A stretch of 60,705 nucleotides of DNA from Actinomycetes bacterium (GCA_024276735.1 JAJRWQ010000095.1:1-60705), one strand, 5' to 3'; numbered from the stretch's first letter, positions 15,429 to 25,205 are shown. The notes: generated by a model not told the origin, from the letters alone. Translations and numbers: made by a program.

Positions 15429-16547
15429 TCAATCGCCGCGGGAGAGGCCGGGAACGCGCCCGTAGCCGCTGCCCGGTTCCAGGCGCACCAGCCCCTCAAG
15501 CTCCAGGGACAAGAGCAGTGCCGGTATCTCGGCCGGGGGAATGCCGGTGGCGGCGGCTAACTGGTCCGGCGTGAGCGTGTCCCCGTCCAGCGCCGCCAGC
15601 AGTTGCCTTTCCTGCCGCGAAAGCTCTGCCGGCCGTGCGGCCGCCGGCGGCTGCTCCTCCATTCCCAGCAGCTGCAGCACGTCACCGGCCCCGGTCACGG
15701 GCACCGCTCCCTCCCTGATGAGGTTGTTGGGCCCCCGGGAAAGCTCCGAGAAGATGCTGCCGGGAACCGCGCAGACCTCGCCGCCCTGCTCCAGGCAGAA
15801 CTCCGCCGTGATCAGGGCGCCGCTGCGCCGTCGCGCCTCCACTACCACCACCGCCCGGCAGATGCCGGCGATGATGCGGTTCCGGGCCGGGAACCGCCAG
15901 GGGCGGGCCGGCGTGCCCGGCGGGTACTCGGAGATGATCGCGCCCCCGTCCACCAGCTCCCTGTAGAGGGCGCGGTGGCGGGCGGGATAGACGACGTCGG
16001 CGCCGCAGCCGAGCACGGCGATGCTGCCGCCGGCACCCTCCAAGCCGCCGCGGTGTGCCGCGGCATCGACCCCGAGCGCCATGCCGCTGACGATGCAGAT
16101 GCCGCTGCGCGAAAGATCGCGGGCCAGCGAAACCGCTGCATCGAGCCCGTAGCGGCTGGCACTGCGCGAGCCCACCACGGCCACGCACGGGCGTTCCAGC
16201 AACCGGCGGGCGGTGGCCGCCGGCTGCCGGGCGGCGCGCACGAAGAGGCCCGCCGGCGGGCCGGTGATGGTCTCCAGCCGCGGCGGATAACCGCTCTCGC
16301 CCCGCGCCAGGTAGCCGATGCCGGCGGCGGCCAGCCGTTCCCCGGCGGCCGCGGGCGAGAACGTGCGCCTAAACTCGGCCAGCAGCAGCTGCTCCCGCGG
16401 CCCCAGCCCCAGCTTGCGGGCGATGGCACGGTTCGATCCCCGCCAGATCTCCTCCGGCGCCAGCTCCGCCGGCGGCGGCCTCAGGGGGCGCCCGGTCTCT
16501 CCCAGGAAAAAGGAGAGCGCCAGCGCCGCTTCACGCCGGGACGCCAT
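15429..16547 (-). CDS. dprA: DNA-processing protein DprA
   Basis: VAVVGSRSASRYGLDAAVSLARDLSRSGICIVSGMALGVDAAAHRGGL...AVLGCGADVVYP. Start chosen at ATG 16547 (17-nt overlap with comM); the track ORF extends to 16634. Confidence 0.88.
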   Translation of the reverse strand: MASRREAALALSFFLGETGRPLRPPPAELAPEEIWRGSNRAIARKLGLGPREQLLLAEFRRTFSPAAAGERLAAAGIGYLARGESGYPPRLETITGPPAGLFVRAARQPAATARRLLERPCVAVVGSRSASRYGLDAAVSLARDLSRSGICIVSGMALGVDAAAHRGGLEGAGGSIAVLGCGADVVYPARHRALYRELVDGGAIISEYPPGTPARPWRFPARNRIIAGICRAVVVVEARRRSGALITAEFCLEQGGEVCAVPGSIFSELSRGPNNLIREGAVPVTGAGDVLQLLGMEEQPPAAARPAELSRQERQLLAALDGDTLTPDQLAAATGIPPAEIPALLLSLELEGLVRLEPGSGYGRVPGLSRGD

Positions 16548-18078
16548 GCCAGCTCTCGCGGTCGATGAAACGGTAACCCACGGCCTCGGCCACGTGGGCG
16601 GCGGCGATGGTCTCGGCCCCCTCCAGGTCGGCAATGGTGCGCGACACCTTCAGCAGGCGCTGGTGGGCACGGGCGCTCAGCCCCAGCTTGCCGACGGCGG
16701 CACCAAGCAGCTTCTCCGCCCCCTCGTCGAGGCGGCACAGGCGCTCCGCCAGCCGCGTGTTCATCTGGGCGTTGCAAAATACTCCCGCCTCGTCGCGCAG
16801 GCGCCGCTGCTGACGCTCGCGGGCAGCGGCGACCCTGGCCGCCACCGCCGCCGACGCCTCCCCTTCCCCCTTTCCCAGGATCTCCTCCCGGGCCAGCGAT
16901 GGTACCTCTACGGCGACATCGATGCGATCCAGCAGCGGCCCGCTGATGCGGGCACGGTAAGCCGACACCTTGTGCGGCGGGCAGCCGCAGGGGCGGTGGG
17001 CGTCACCCAGGCGGCCGCAGGGACAGGGGTTCATCGCCGCCACCAGCATGAAGCGCGCCGGGAAGGTAACGCTCACCAGCGAGCGCGAGATGCTCACCTC
17101 CCCGTCTTCCAGCGGCTGCCGCAGGGTCTCCAGGGCGGCGCGGGAGAACTCGGGAAGCTCGTCCAGGAACAGCACCCCCAGGTGCGAGAGGCTGATCTCC
17201 CCCGGCCGGGGCGTGGAACCGCCGCCGGCGAGGCCGGCATGGGAGATGGTATGGTGCGGCGCCCGGAAGGGCCGCTCGGCCACCAGCTGCCGCTTGCCGC
17301 CCAGGAGCCCGGCGACGCTGTAGACGCGGGTCACCTCCACCGCCTCCTCCACGCTCAGGGGCGGTAGGATCGACGGCAGCCGCCGGGCCAGCATCGTCTT
17401 GCCGCAGCCGGGGGCGCCCACCATCAGCAGGTTGTGGCCGCCGGCGGCGCTCACCTCCAGCGCCCGCCGGGCGGCGCCCTGCCCCTTGACGTCGGCCAGG
17501 TCCAGGCTGCCGCCCGCGGCTGCCGACAGCATCGCCCCGGCATCGACCCGGGTGGGCGCGATCTCCAGCTCGCCGGCAAGGAAGGCGACCGCCTGCCGCA
17601 GGCTCTCCACCGCGATCACGTCCACGCCCTCCACCAGCGCCGCCTCCACGGCGTTGGCCGCCGGCAGCAGCACGCCGCGCATGCGGCCCCGTTTCGCCCC
17701 CTCGCAGATGGAGAGAGCGCCGCCGATGCGTTTCACCGAGCCGTCGAGGGAAAGCTCGCCGGCGGCGCTGTACCGCCCGCTCCTTGCCGGTTGCAGCTGG
17801 CCCGAGGCAACCAGCAGCGACAGGGCGATGGGGAGATCGAACGCCGGGCCCTCCTTGCGGGTATCGGCGGGCGCCAGGTTGACGGTGATGCGCCTCAGGG
17901 GGCACTCGTACTCCGAGTTGACGATGCCGGCGCGCACCCGCTCGCGCGACTCGCGGACGGCGGCATCGGGCAGGCCGACGATGTTGAAGGCAGGCAGCCC
18001 CCGGCCCAGGTCCGTCTCCACCTCCACCGGGCTCGCCTCCATGCCCACGACGGCATGGCTGAACATGCGCGCCAACAA
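16531..18078 (-). CDS. comM: YifB/ComM-family Mg-chelatase-like AAA+ ATPase
   Basis: ...GLPAFNIVGLPDAAVRESRERV..., Walker A LLMVGAPGCGKTMLARRL, GVLFLDELPEF, and zinc-ribbon-like CPCGRLGDAHRPCGC. TTG 18078 has SD GGTGGTG 7 nt upstream (alternative ATG 18066). Confidence 0.92.
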   Translation of the reverse strand: MLARMFSHAVVGMEASPVEVETDLGRGLPAFNIVGLPDAAVRESRERVRAGIVNSEYECPLRRITVNLAPADTRKEGPAFDLPIALSLLVASGQLQPARSGRYSAAGELSLDGSVKRIGGALSICEGAKRGRMRGVLLPAANAVEAALVEGVDVIAVESLRQAVAFLAGELEIAPTRVDAGAMLSAAAGGSLDLADVKGQGAARRALEVSAAGGHNLLMVGAPGCGKTMLARRLPSILPPLSVEEAVEVTRVYSVAGLLGGKRQLVAERPFRAPHHTISHAGLAGGGSTPRPGEISLSHLGVLFLDELPEFSRAALETLRQPLEDGEVSISRSLVSVTFPARFMLVAAMNPCPCGRLGDAHRPCGCPPHKVSAYRARISGPLLDRIDVAVEVPSLAREEILGKGEGEASAAVAARVAAARERQQRRLRDEAGVFCNAQMNTRLAERLCRLDEGAEKLLGAAVGKLGLSARAHQRLLKVSRTIADLEGAETIAAAHVAEAVGYRFIDRESWHGVPA

Positions 18079-18132
18079 TGAAAAACACCACCCTCGGGTG
18101 GGATCCGCGGGAGTGGTGGAATGGGTGGGCCG

Positions 18133-18161
18133 ATGATATCAGAGACACCGCCCGCGGTCAA
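18133..18161 (-). promoter_or_regulatory. promoter upstream of comM
   Basis: Minus strand TTGACC (18161-18156), 17-nt spacer, TATCAT (18138-18133). Confidence 0.6.
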
Positions 18162-18216
18162 AAAACGGGAAAAACGGGGACAGAAAAACGGGGAAAACGG
18201 GGAGGGAAAACGGGGA
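18160..18216. repeat. five tandem A4-6CG3-4 units (phased A-tracts)
   Basis: Units start at 18160, 18170, 18184, 18194 and 18207 (spacing 10, 14, 10, 13 nt). Minus strand reads CCCCGTTTT(T) five times, directly upstream of the -35 box. Confidence 0.8.
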
Positions 18217-18291
18217 CACCATACCTATTTTCTCAACACGTAACCTGGTAAGTGAGAAAAACAGGAAAATGAAAATAGGTATGGTGTCCCC
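18212..18291. repeat. perfect 21-bp inverted repeat with 38-nt spacer (long hairpin; likely yraN terminator)
   Basis: GGGGACACCATACCTATTTTC (18212-18232) and GAAAATAGGTATGGTGTCCCC (18271-18291). On the minus strand it starts 5 nt after the yraN stop and is followed by GTTTTCCC. Confidence 0.85.
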
Positions 18292-18295
18292 CCTT

Positions 18296-18700
18296 TTAGC
18301 GAAAGGCGTCGACCAGGTGCCGGTACTCGCCGGCGCCGCCGTGCTCGTCGAGGACGATGGAGATGACGTCGAAACGGTAATCGCAATCGCCGGCGGCGGC
18401 AGTGGCGGCATGCGCCTGCAGCCAGGCCTCGGCCATGCGGCGGATGCGCCGCTGCTTGGCGGCGGTCACCGCCTCGAACGGCTCGCCCATCGCCCGGTCG
18501 TTGCGGGTCTTGACCTCGATGAAGGCCAGTACGCCGCCCCGGCGGGCGACGATATCCAGCTCCCCGTAACGGGTGCGCCAGTTGCGGGCGAGAATGCGGT
18601 AGCCGCGTCGCTCCAGCCGGCGGCAGGCGATCTCCTCGCCTGCGCGGCCCCGGCGCTGCCGCCGGTCGGCGCCGGCCTCCCCCCGACCAGCGGTGCTCAA
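18296..18700 (-). CDS. yraN: YraN-family (UPF0102) endonuclease-like protein
   Basis: GEEIACRRLERRGYRILARNWRTRYGELDIVARRGGVLAFIEVKTR is the family signature. Start TTG 18700 overlaps the rnhB stop (TTGA). The upstream part of the track ORF lies inside rnhB. Confidence 0.85.
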   Translation of the reverse strand: MSTAGRGEAGADRRQRRGRAGEEIACRRLERRGYRILARNWRTRYGELDIVARRGGVLAFIEVKTRNDRAMGEPFEAVTAAKQRRIRRMAEAWLQAHAATAAAGDCDYRFDVISIVLDEHGGAGEYRHLVDAFR

Positions 18701-19344
18701 GTTCCGTCCCCCTCGAAGAGGGGAAGGCTGATCCTGAAGGAGCGCCGGTGCAGGCTGGAGAGCCCGTGCTCGGCGATCGCCTGCCGGTGATCCCTGGTTG
18801 CATATCCCACGTGACGATTGAAACCGTATTGAGGAAAACGCTGGTGCAGCTGCATCATCAGCCGGTCGCGGCTGACCTTGGCCAGCACCGACGCCGCCGC
18901 CACGCAGGCGCTGGTGGCGTCGCCGTGCTTGAGCGCCCGGTGCGGCGGCCCTGCCGGCAGCTGGTACCCGTCCACCAGCGCCAGCGGCGGGCACGGGTCC
19001 AGGCTGGTGAGACTGCGCGCCAGCAGGGCGAGGTTGGTGCGGTGCAGGCCGCGGTCGTCGATGGTGTGGCTGGCGGCCATGACGATGGTGAAGCGGCTGG
19101 CGGCGCCCACGATCAGCGGAAACAACTCCTCCCGGCGGGCGCGGCTGAGCTTCTTGGAATCGTTGAGCCTGGCCAGCGCCGCGAAGGCGCCGGGGCCGCG
19201 GGAATAATCGAAGACCACCGCCGCCGCCACCAGCGGTCCCGCCAGGCAGCCCCTGCCCGCCTCGTCGGCCCCGGCCAGCTCGCCGCCGCCGCAGTAATCG
19301 GCGTCGAACGCGAACAGGTCGGCGTCAGCGGGCAGCGATACCAC
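18697..19344 (-). CDS. rnhB: ribonuclease HII
   Basis: GADEAGRGCLAGPLVAAAVV..., DSKKLS, ...GDATSACVAAASVLAKVSRD. Confidence 0.92.
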   Translation of the reverse strand: MVSLPADADLFAFDADYCGGGELAGADEAGRGCLAGPLVAAAVVFDYSRGPGAFAALARLNDSKKLSRARREELFPLIVGAASRFTIVMAASHTIDDRGLHRTNLALLARSLTSLDPCPPLALVDGYQLPAGPPHRALKHGDATSACVAAASVLAKVSRDRLMMQLHQRFPQYGFNRHVGYATRDHRQAIAEHGLSSLHRRSFRISLPLFEGDGT

Positions 19345-19349
19345 CCCTC

Positions 19350-19964
19350 CTAGTGGAGCACGCCCAGCCGCGACGGGGGCCAGTATATGAAGAAGGCCTT
19401 GCCGATCACGGCGTCCACCGGCAGCCAGGGGTCCTTCCAGTAGCGGCTGTCCCGGCTGTTGACACGGTTGTCGCCCATCACGAAGAGCATCCCCGGTGGC
19501 ACCCGGTTAAAATGAAAATCCTCGCCGCCGGCATGCTCGACGTAGTCCTCCACCTGGGGCTCGTTGTTCACCAGCACGGCGCCGTTGCGCACCTCGATGG
19601 TGTCACCCTCCACGGCGATCACCCGCTTGATGAAATCGGTGTTGGGATCCATGGGCGAGCGGAAGACGATGATGTCCCCCCGCTGCGGCTTGCCGGCCAG
19701 GCGGTTCACCAGCACCCGGTCACCGGGCATCAGCGTCGGCTCCATGGAGCCGGAGGGAATCTGGAAGGGCTTGACCACGAATGCCTGCAGGGCGTAGGCG
19801 AAGAGGGCCGCCGCCGCGAGAATGATCAGGAACTCGAGAATGTTGCGGCCGGGGGTCTTCTGCGGGCGTTTTTCCCCGGGCGTGGGAGTGGAATAGTCGG
19901 GAGGCAGCACGCCACCGGTGTCCCCGGCAGCCTCCGGGCCCTGCTGCGGATGCTCCTCAGCCAT
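19350..19964 (-). CDS. lepB: signal peptidase I
   Basis: SGSMEPTLMPGDRVLVN (catalytic Ser box), RGDIIVF, IKRVIAVEGD, GDNRVNSRDSRYW. Confidence 0.93.
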   Translation of the reverse strand: MAEEHPQQGPEAAGDTGGVLPPDYSTPTPGEKRPQKTPGRNILEFLIILAAAALFAYALQAFVVKPFQIPSGSMEPTLMPGDRVLVNRLAGKPQRGDIIVFRSPMDPNTDFIKRVIAVEGDTIEVRNGAVLVNNEPQVEDYVEHAGGEDFHFNRVPPGMLFVMGDNRVNSRDSRYWKDPWLPVDAVIGKAFFIYWPPSRLGVLH

Positions 19965-19976
19965 CGGTGCCGGGCA

Positions 19977-20324
19977 CTACTGTTGCTTTTCCCGGATCCT
20001 GGCCTTCTTTCCTACCTTGGAACGCAAGTAGTAAAGCTTGGCGCGGCGCACGTCGCCGACGCTGACGACCTCCAGCTTGCTGATCTTGGGCGAGTGGACG
20101 GGGAAGGTCCGCTCCACCCCGACGCCGAACGAATGCTTGCGCACGGTGAAGGTCTCGCGCGCTCCCTCGCCCTGGCGCTTGATCACCGTTCCCTGGAAAA
20201 CCTGGATGCGGCTGCGGTTGCCCTCGATGACTTGGAAATGGACGCGCACGGTATCGCCGGCCTTGAAGCGGGGTATCCCCTTGCGCAGCTGCTTCTCTTC
20301 CAATCTCGCAATCGTCTGGTTCAT
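19977..20324 (-). CDS. rplS: 50S ribosomal protein L19
   Basis: Start ATG 20324 preceded by [58 protein letters not shown]... Confidence 0.95.
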   Translation of the reverse strand: MNQTIARLEEKQLRKGIPRFKAGDTVRVHFQVIEGNRSRIQVFQGTVIKRQGEGARETFTVRKHSFGVGVERTFPVHSPKISKLEVVSVGDVRRAKLYYLRSKVGKKARIREKQQ

Positions 20325-20462
20325 GTCCTCTCCCTGCCTGAATCCGCCGCTGTCGCCGCCGGGGTGCCGGGCGCGGCCCACCGGGGCGTTTACTCACCAA
20401 GTAGGCAATTCTAAAGCTTTTTACCCCGCAATGCAATTTTCCGCGGCCGCGCCGCGGCCGCT

Positions 20463-21128
20463 TCAGCCGCGGTTTTCGCGGCGCCAGCGCTCGATCTCGG
20501 CGTGGTTCCCCGAGAGCAGCACCTCCGGCACCTTCCAGCCCCGGAACTCCGCCGGGCGGGTGTACTGGGGGTGCTCCGGGGCGCCGCCGGTCTCGGCGGA
20601 AAAGGATTCCCAGCGGGCGCTCTCCTCGCTGCCCAGCGCCCCAGGGAGCCGCCGCGCCACCGCGTCCATCACCACCATCGCCGGCAGCTCGCCGCCGCTG
20701 AGCACGTAGTCGCCGATGGAGATCTCGCCGGTGGCGATGTGCTCGCTGACCCGGGCGTCGATGCCCTCGTAGCGCCCGGACAGCAGGGTCAGCTCCTCCA
20801 GTTCCGCCAGCTCGCACACCATCTCTTCGTCAAGGCGCCGCCCCCGCGGCGAGAGCACGTAGACCGGCCGCTGTTCCCGCAACGTGGAGCAGTCCGTTCC
20901 GTAAACCGCCTCCAGGGCGGCACAGACCACGTCCACGCGGATCACCATGCCGGCGCCGCCGCCGCTGGGCGTGTCGTCCACCTGGCCATGCTTGAGGGGG
21001 GTGTAATCGCGGTAGTTGAAGAGGCGCACCTGGAGGCTCCCCGCCTGGATGGCGTTGGTGAGATGCCGCTGCTGGAAGAACCAGCCGAACCATTCCGGAA
21101 AGAGAGTAAAGATATCGATACGCAACAT
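20463..21128 (-). CDS. trmD: tRNA (guanine37-N1)-methyltransferase TrmD
   Basis: [14 protein letters not shown]..., [43 protein letters not shown]. Confidence 0.95.
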   Translation of the reverse strand: MLRIDIFTLFPEWFGWFFQQRHLTNAIQAGSLQVRLFNYRDYTPLKHGQVDDTPSGGGAGMVIRVDVVCAALEAVYGTDCSTLREQRPVYVLSPRGRRLDEEMVCELAELEELTLLSGRYEGIDARVSEHIATGEISIGDYVLSGGELPAMVVMDAVARRLPGALGSEESARWESFSAETGGAPEHPQYTRPAEFRGWKVPEVLLSGNHAEIERWRRENRG

Positions 21129-21132
21129 GGGC

Positions 21133-21645
21133 CTACCCCAGGAAGCCGGGAACGATGTCGATGCGCCGCCGGTGGAGATCCACGCCGGTCACCACCGGGG
21201 ACACGAAGGGCAGGCAGACGATGCCCCCGTCCCCCTCCCTCTCCACTACCAGCACCGGGTTGGCCGCGGTCTCCAGCAGCTCCCGCACCACTCCCAGCCG
21301 CTCGCCGCCGGCATGGACGCTGCACCCCTCGAGCTGGAAGGCGTAGTAGGAGCCGGGTGGCAGCGCCGCCAGCTCGTCGCCGGGAATGAACAGCAGCTTG
21401 CCGGTCAGCTCGCGGGCGCGATCGCGGGAGTCGTAGCCGGCGAACCTCACCAGCAGGCCCTTGGCTGCCCGGCGGCGGGAAGCCACCTTCACCGGCCGGC
21501 GCTGGTCGCCGCTGCCGGCGAAAAGGCGGGCGCCCTCGGCGAACCTCCCCTCGAAGTCGCTGTGCTCCTTTACCAGCACCTCGCCACCGGTGCCGTGGGG
21601 CCGGCGCACCTCCCCCACCAGTATCCAGTCGGGTGCCTGCTCCAT
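21133..21645 (-). CDS. rimM: 16S rRNA processing protein RimM
   Basis: [18 protein letters not shown]... and a PRC-barrel-like C-terminus. Conserved position between the KH protein and trmD. Confidence 0.9.
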   Translation of the reverse strand: MEQAPDWILVGEVRRPHGTGGEVLVKEHSDFEGRFAEGARLFAGSGDQRRPVKVASRRRAAKGLLVRFAGYDSRDRARELTGKLLFIPGDELAALPPGSYYAFQLEGCSVHAGGERLGVVRELLETAANPVLVVEREGDGGIVCLPFVSPVVTGVDLHRRRIDIVPGFLG

Positions 21646-21678
21646 GCCGCGACCGGTGCCTGACCGCCCCGGCGGGTG

Positions 21679-21909
21679 CTAGTCCACGATCTCGACGATA
21701 GCGCGCTTGCCGTTCTTGACGGCGCTGGCCTTGACGATCGTGCGCAGGGCGCGGGCGATCCGTCCCTGCTTGCCGATGACCTTGCCGATATCGTCCTTGG
21801 CGACGGTGAGCTCGAGCACCACGGTGGTGTCGGTCTCGGTCTCGTTGACCTGGACTTCTTCCGGATGGTCAACCAAAGACTTCGCCAGGTATTCCAGTAG
21901 GTCTCTCAC
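21679..21909 (-). CDS. KH-domain RNA-binding protein (YlqC/UPF0109)
   Basis: LLEYLAKSLVDHPEEVQVNETETDTTVVLELTVAKDDIGKVIGKQGRIARALRTIV contains the GKxIGKxGR KH signature. Confidence 0.92.
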   Translation of the reverse strand: MRDLLEYLAKSLVDHPEEVQVNETETDTTVVLELTVAKDDIGKVIGKQGRIARALRTIVKASAVKNGKRAIVEIVD

Positions 21910-21942
21910 TTTCTACCTCCGTTTCCACCGAAACAGTTACAG

Positions 21943-22188
21943 CTACCTGGATATCCCCTTGACCGCCAGCAGCTTGGCCACGGTCTCGCTGGGCTTCGCT
22001 CCCTTCTCCAGCCAGTCGCGCGCCCTGTCCTCGTCGATCTCGATCAATGAGGGTTCCGTACGCGGATCGTAACGCCCGATGCTCTCGATCACCCTGCCGT
22101 CCCGCGGTGAGCGGGAATCGGCGACCACAATCCGGTATATGGGCGTCTTCTTGCGCCCTACCCGGCTGAGCCTGATCCTGACCGCCAT
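21943..22188 (-). CDS. rpsP: 30S ribosomal protein S16
   Basis: Start ATG 22188 preceded by [44 protein letters not shown]... Confidence 0.95.
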   Translation of the reverse strand: MAVRIRLSRVGRKKTPIYRIVVADSRSPRDGRVIESIGRYDPRTEPSLIEIDEDRARDWLEKGAKPSETVAKLLAVKGISR

Positions 22189-22210
22189 CTGATCACCACC
22201 TTTCTCGCCG

Positions 22211-23542
22211 TCAAAAGCCACCCTTGAGCAGCTCCGGCGGCAGGTTGCGCATCTTCTTGCCGCTGCCGAGCTGCTTCATCAGTTTCTGCATCTGCTTGAA
22301 CCGGCTGATGAGCTGGTTCACCGCCTGGATACTGGTGCCGCTGCCGGCGGCGATGCGCCGGCGCCGGCTGCCGTCGATGATGTCGGGACGGCGACGCTCT
22401 TCGCGGGTCATGGAGCAGATGATCGCCTCCACCCGGTCCAGCTCGCGCTCGTCGAGCTGCACCTGGCGCAGCTGCTTGGGGATCCCGGGGATCATGGACA
22501 GCATGCTGGCCAGCGGCCCCATCTTGCGCATGCTGCGCATCTGCTCCAGGAAGTCGTCGAAGGTGAACTGGGCCTTGCGCAGCTTCTCTTCCAGCTCGCG
22601 GGCGCGTTTCTCGTCCACCGTCTCCTGGGCCTTCTCGATCAGCGTCAGCACGTCGCCCATGCCCAGGATGCGCCCGGCCATGCGGTCGGGATGGAAGTAG
22701 TCGAAAGCGTTCAACTTCTCACCGGTGGAAGCAAAGATGATCGGCTTGCCGGTGACCGCCTTCACCGAGAGGGCGGCGCCGCCGCGGGCGTCACCGTCCA
22801 GCTTGGTGAGGATGATGCCGTCGAACTCCACCTGCTGCTGGAACTCCTCCGCCACGTTGACCGCGTCCTGGCCCGCCATGGAGTCCAGCACCAGCAGGAT
22901 GTCGTGCGGGTGCACGGTCTTGCGGATCTGCACCAGCTCTTCCATCAGCTTCTCGTCGATGTGCAGGCGCCCCGCGGTGTCGATGATCACCACGTCGCGG
23001 CCGGCGTCGGCCGCCGCCTCCACGCCCCGGCGCGACATCTCCACGGCGTCGTCGCCGTCGAGGGAGAAGACGGGAACGCCCACCTGCTCGCCCAGGGTCA
23101 TCAGCTGGTCCCGGGCCGCCGGGCGATAGACGTCGGCCGCCACCATCTGCGGGCTCTTGCCCTGCTTGGTGAGGAACTTGGCCAGCTTGGCGCAGGCGGT
23201 GGTCTTGCCCGAGCCCTGGAGGCCCACCATCAGCACCACCGTCGGCGGCTTGGGCGAGAAGGCCAGCTTCGCCGAGGCGGCTCCCATCAGCGAGGTGAGC
23301 TCCTCGTGGACGATCTTCACCACCTGCTGGCCGGGGGTGAGGCTCTCCAGCACCTCGGCGCCCATCGCCCGCTCCTTCACGGCGGTCACGAATTGCTTGA
23401 CCACCTTGAAGTTGACGTCCGCCTCCAGCAGCGCCAAGCGGATCTCGCGCATCGCCTTGTCGATGTCATCGCCGTCCAGGCGACCCTGCCCCTTGAGGTC
23501 GCCGAGGGTGCCTTGAAGCTTGTCTGCCAGGGTATCGAACAT
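22211..23542 (-). CDS. ffh: signal recognition particle protein Ffh
   Basis: Start ATG 23542 ([11 protein letters not shown]...). [36 protein letters not shown], and a Met-rich M domain. Confidence 0.95.
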   Translation of the reverse strand: MFDTLADKLQGTLGDLKGQGRLDGDDIDKAMREIRLALLEADVNFKVVKQFVTAVKERAMGAEVLESLTPGQQVVKIVHEELTSLMGAASAKLAFSPKPPTVVLMVGLQGSGKTTACAKLAKFLTKQGKSPQMVAADVYRPAARDQLMTLGEQVGVPVFSLDGDDAVEMSRRGVEAAADAGRDVVIIDTAGRLHIDEKLMEELVQIRKTVHPHDILLVLDSMAGQDAVNVAEEFQQQVEFDGIILTKLDGDARGGAALSVKAVTGKPIIFASTGEKLNAFDYFHPDRMAGRILGMGDVLTLIEKAQETVDEKRARELEEKLRKAQFTFDDFLEQMRSMRKMGPLASMLSMIPGIPKQLRQVQLDERELDRVEAIICSMTREERRRPDIIDGSRRRRIAAGSGTSIQAVNQLISRFKQMQKLMKQLGSGKKMRNLPPELLKGGF

Positions 23543-23815
23543 TGCCGCTACGTCCCCGAAAGAAGGAGGTTCAGTGCTGCGAGGAAGGAAACGGGAACGA
23601 GCAGTGACCCGTTCCCGCCAGGGATGCATGCACCACTGCGCCGGCCGCCGCCCGTAACCCGCGGGCCGCCGCCGGGGACACCGGTGCCCCGATTGAAAGC
23701 CGTTTCTCCGCTGCCAGCCACAATCCGCCTCGCGAACCCTACCGTTCTCGCTATCCTCGTTGGTGAACGTCTATTCTAGCCCAAATCGGCGCCGAAGCGA
23801 AGCCGCCACGGCGAT

Positions 23816-24163
23816 TCAGTCGCTGTTTTCGCCCTCGTGCGTGTACTTGATGATCTCCACGTTCTCCATCGTGATCAGCCCCTCGCTCACCAGCTCGTCC
23901 AGGTGGGGCAGGAAATCGCGGATCTTCTCCTCGGTGTCAGCGATCTCGATCATCACCGGCAGGTCCTCGGACAGCCTGAGCACGCGCGTGGTGTGAATGC
24001 GGCTGTGGGCGCCGAAACCCTCGACCCCCTTGAAGACGGTGGCGCCCGCCATTCCCCGCTGGCGGGCCAGGCGGACGATCACCTCGTACAGCCGGTGACG
24101 CCCCCGCCGGTCCGATTCGCCCACGAAGATGCGCAACAGCTTGCCCTTGCCCTCGAACTTCAT
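23816..24163 (-). CDS. DUF190 (PII-like fold) protein commonly paired with CrcB
   Basis: Start ATG 24163 (ATGA overlap with the crcB stop). MKFEGKGKLLRIFVGESDRRGRHRLYEVIVRLARQRGMAGATVFKGVEGFGAHSRIH... The upstream part of the track ORF overlaps crcB in another frame. Confidence 0.8.
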   Translation of the reverse strand: MKFEGKGKLLRIFVGESDRRGRHRLYEVIVRLARQRGMAGATVFKGVEGFGAHSRIHTTRVLRLSEDLPVMIEIADTEEKIRDFLPHLDELVSEGLITMENVEIIKYTHEGENSD

Positions 24164-24534
24164 ATCATCCTCCCCAGGACGAGGCCAACGAAGAAGGCCG
24201 CCATGCCCAGCACCACGCTGCCGGCGAGGTTGAGGCCGGCGGCCAGCAGCTCGCCCGCGGAAACCATGGTATACGATTCCAGCATCAGCGTGGAGAAGGT
24301 GGTATAGGCGCCCAGGAACCCGGCCGCCAGGAAGATGCGCGCCCCCTCGGCGAGGGCGAAGCGCTCCAGGGCCACGGCGAAGAGCAGCCCCATCAGCAGG
24401 CTGCCGCTCAGGTTCACCACCAGGGTGCCCCAGGGAAAGGTGGACTCGGTGCGCTGCATCACCAGCCCTCCCAGCCAGTAACGCAGCATCGAGCCCGCGA
24501 AACCTCCCAGGCCCACCATCAGTAGCTTGTACAT
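24160..24534 (-). CDS. crcB: fluoride channel CrcB/FluC
   Basis: GGFAGSMLRYWLG...FPWGTLVVNLSGSLLMG...GFLGAYTTFSTL; four TM helices. Confidence 0.92.
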   Translation of the reverse strand: MYKLLMVGLGGFAGSMLRYWLGGLVMQRTESTFPWGTLVVNLSGSLLMGLLFAVALERFALAEGARIFLAAGFLGAYTTFSTLMLESYTMVSAGELLAAGLNLAGSVVLGMAAFFVGLVLGRMI

Positions 24535-24631
24535 GCCGCCGTTCTCCCTCCCGCCGCCGGGGGCCGGCCGGCGTTACCGTCGCCCGGCAGGGAGCTGGCT
24601 GCCCGGCAGGCCCGCATTCGTGCACGGCGGC

Positions 24632-24660
24632 ATGATAGAGAGCCGCCGCCGGGCTGTCAA
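24632..24660 (-). promoter_or_regulatory. promoter of crcB-DUF190
   Basis: Minus strand TTGACA (24660-24655), 17-nt spacer, TATCAT (24637-24632). Confidence 0.6.
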
Positions 24661-24750
24661 TCCGGGGGCCCTTCCGGGAAGCAGCAGGAAAGCAACCAGC
24701 CGGCCCGGCGCCGCGCACCGTTGCCAGCCGTTGCCTGCCCTGTTTCGGGC

Positions 24751-24990
24751 TCAGCTGCCGGTGGTGGGAGACGGCTCCGGGCCCTTGTCGGGCACGGTGA
24801 CGGTGACCGTGCGCACGTTGTCGGCGGGCGGTGACGCCGCGGGCTGGGAGGAGGTCACTGCCGGGGCCTGGCCGCCTTCTCCCGCCTCGTTGCCGCGGCT
24901 GCGCACCAGCAGGAACAGCGATACCGCCGCTATCACCGCCACCACCAGCAGGACGATGGTGGTATTCTTGCTCTTGCCCTGCTCGCCCAT
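24751..24990 (-). CDS. 79-aa single-TM protein with Pro/Ser-rich tail, hypothetical
   Basis: ATG preceded by GAGAGGAGAACGG. TM segment IVLLVVAVIAAVSLFLLV. Confidence 0.55.
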   Translation of the reverse strand: MGEQGKSKNTTIVLLVVAVIAAVSLFLLVRSRGNEAGEGGQAPAVTSSQPAASPPADNVRTVTVTVPDKGPEPSPTTGS

Positions 24991-25205
24991 CCGTTCTCCT
25001 CTCGGTTCGATGCGGACCGCGGTGCCGTCACAACCCCGTCCGGAAATGGCACGGCCCTACGCGTCGAAGGCGACGCCGGTGCATGTCAATGCGGTGCAGG
25101 GTACCACAGAACGTCGCTGCCCGGAAGCAACGCCGGGTACGCGCTGAATCACGGCGGGCCTGAAAATGTAGCCACAGGACTCTTTTATCTGCAAGAATAT
25201 GGAGG

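Noticed and set aside
18160-18216. Possible CRISPR array or minisatellite (AAAACGGGG repeats)
   Set aside because: The units are only 10-14 nt with no unique spacers, there are only five copies, and no cas genes are nearby. They are better explained as phased A-tracts or U-rich terminator/UP-like sequence.
23543-23815. SRP RNA (ffs) or another known ncRNA in the 273-nt spacer upstream of ffh
   Set aside because: It contains hairpins (e.g. GGGAACG...CGTTCCC followed by GTTTCC) but no GGAAGCAGCC-type SRP domain IV motif. It is most likely just a 5' leader/promoter region.
24535-24631. Expected fluoride (crcB-motif) riboswitch upstream of crcB
   Set aside because: I read the leader on the coding strand and did not find the conserved GGnGATG...CTGATG...CCTAC pseudoknot elements; only a GC-rich leader with a duplicated 10-mer is present. 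A covariance-model scan is needed to be certain.
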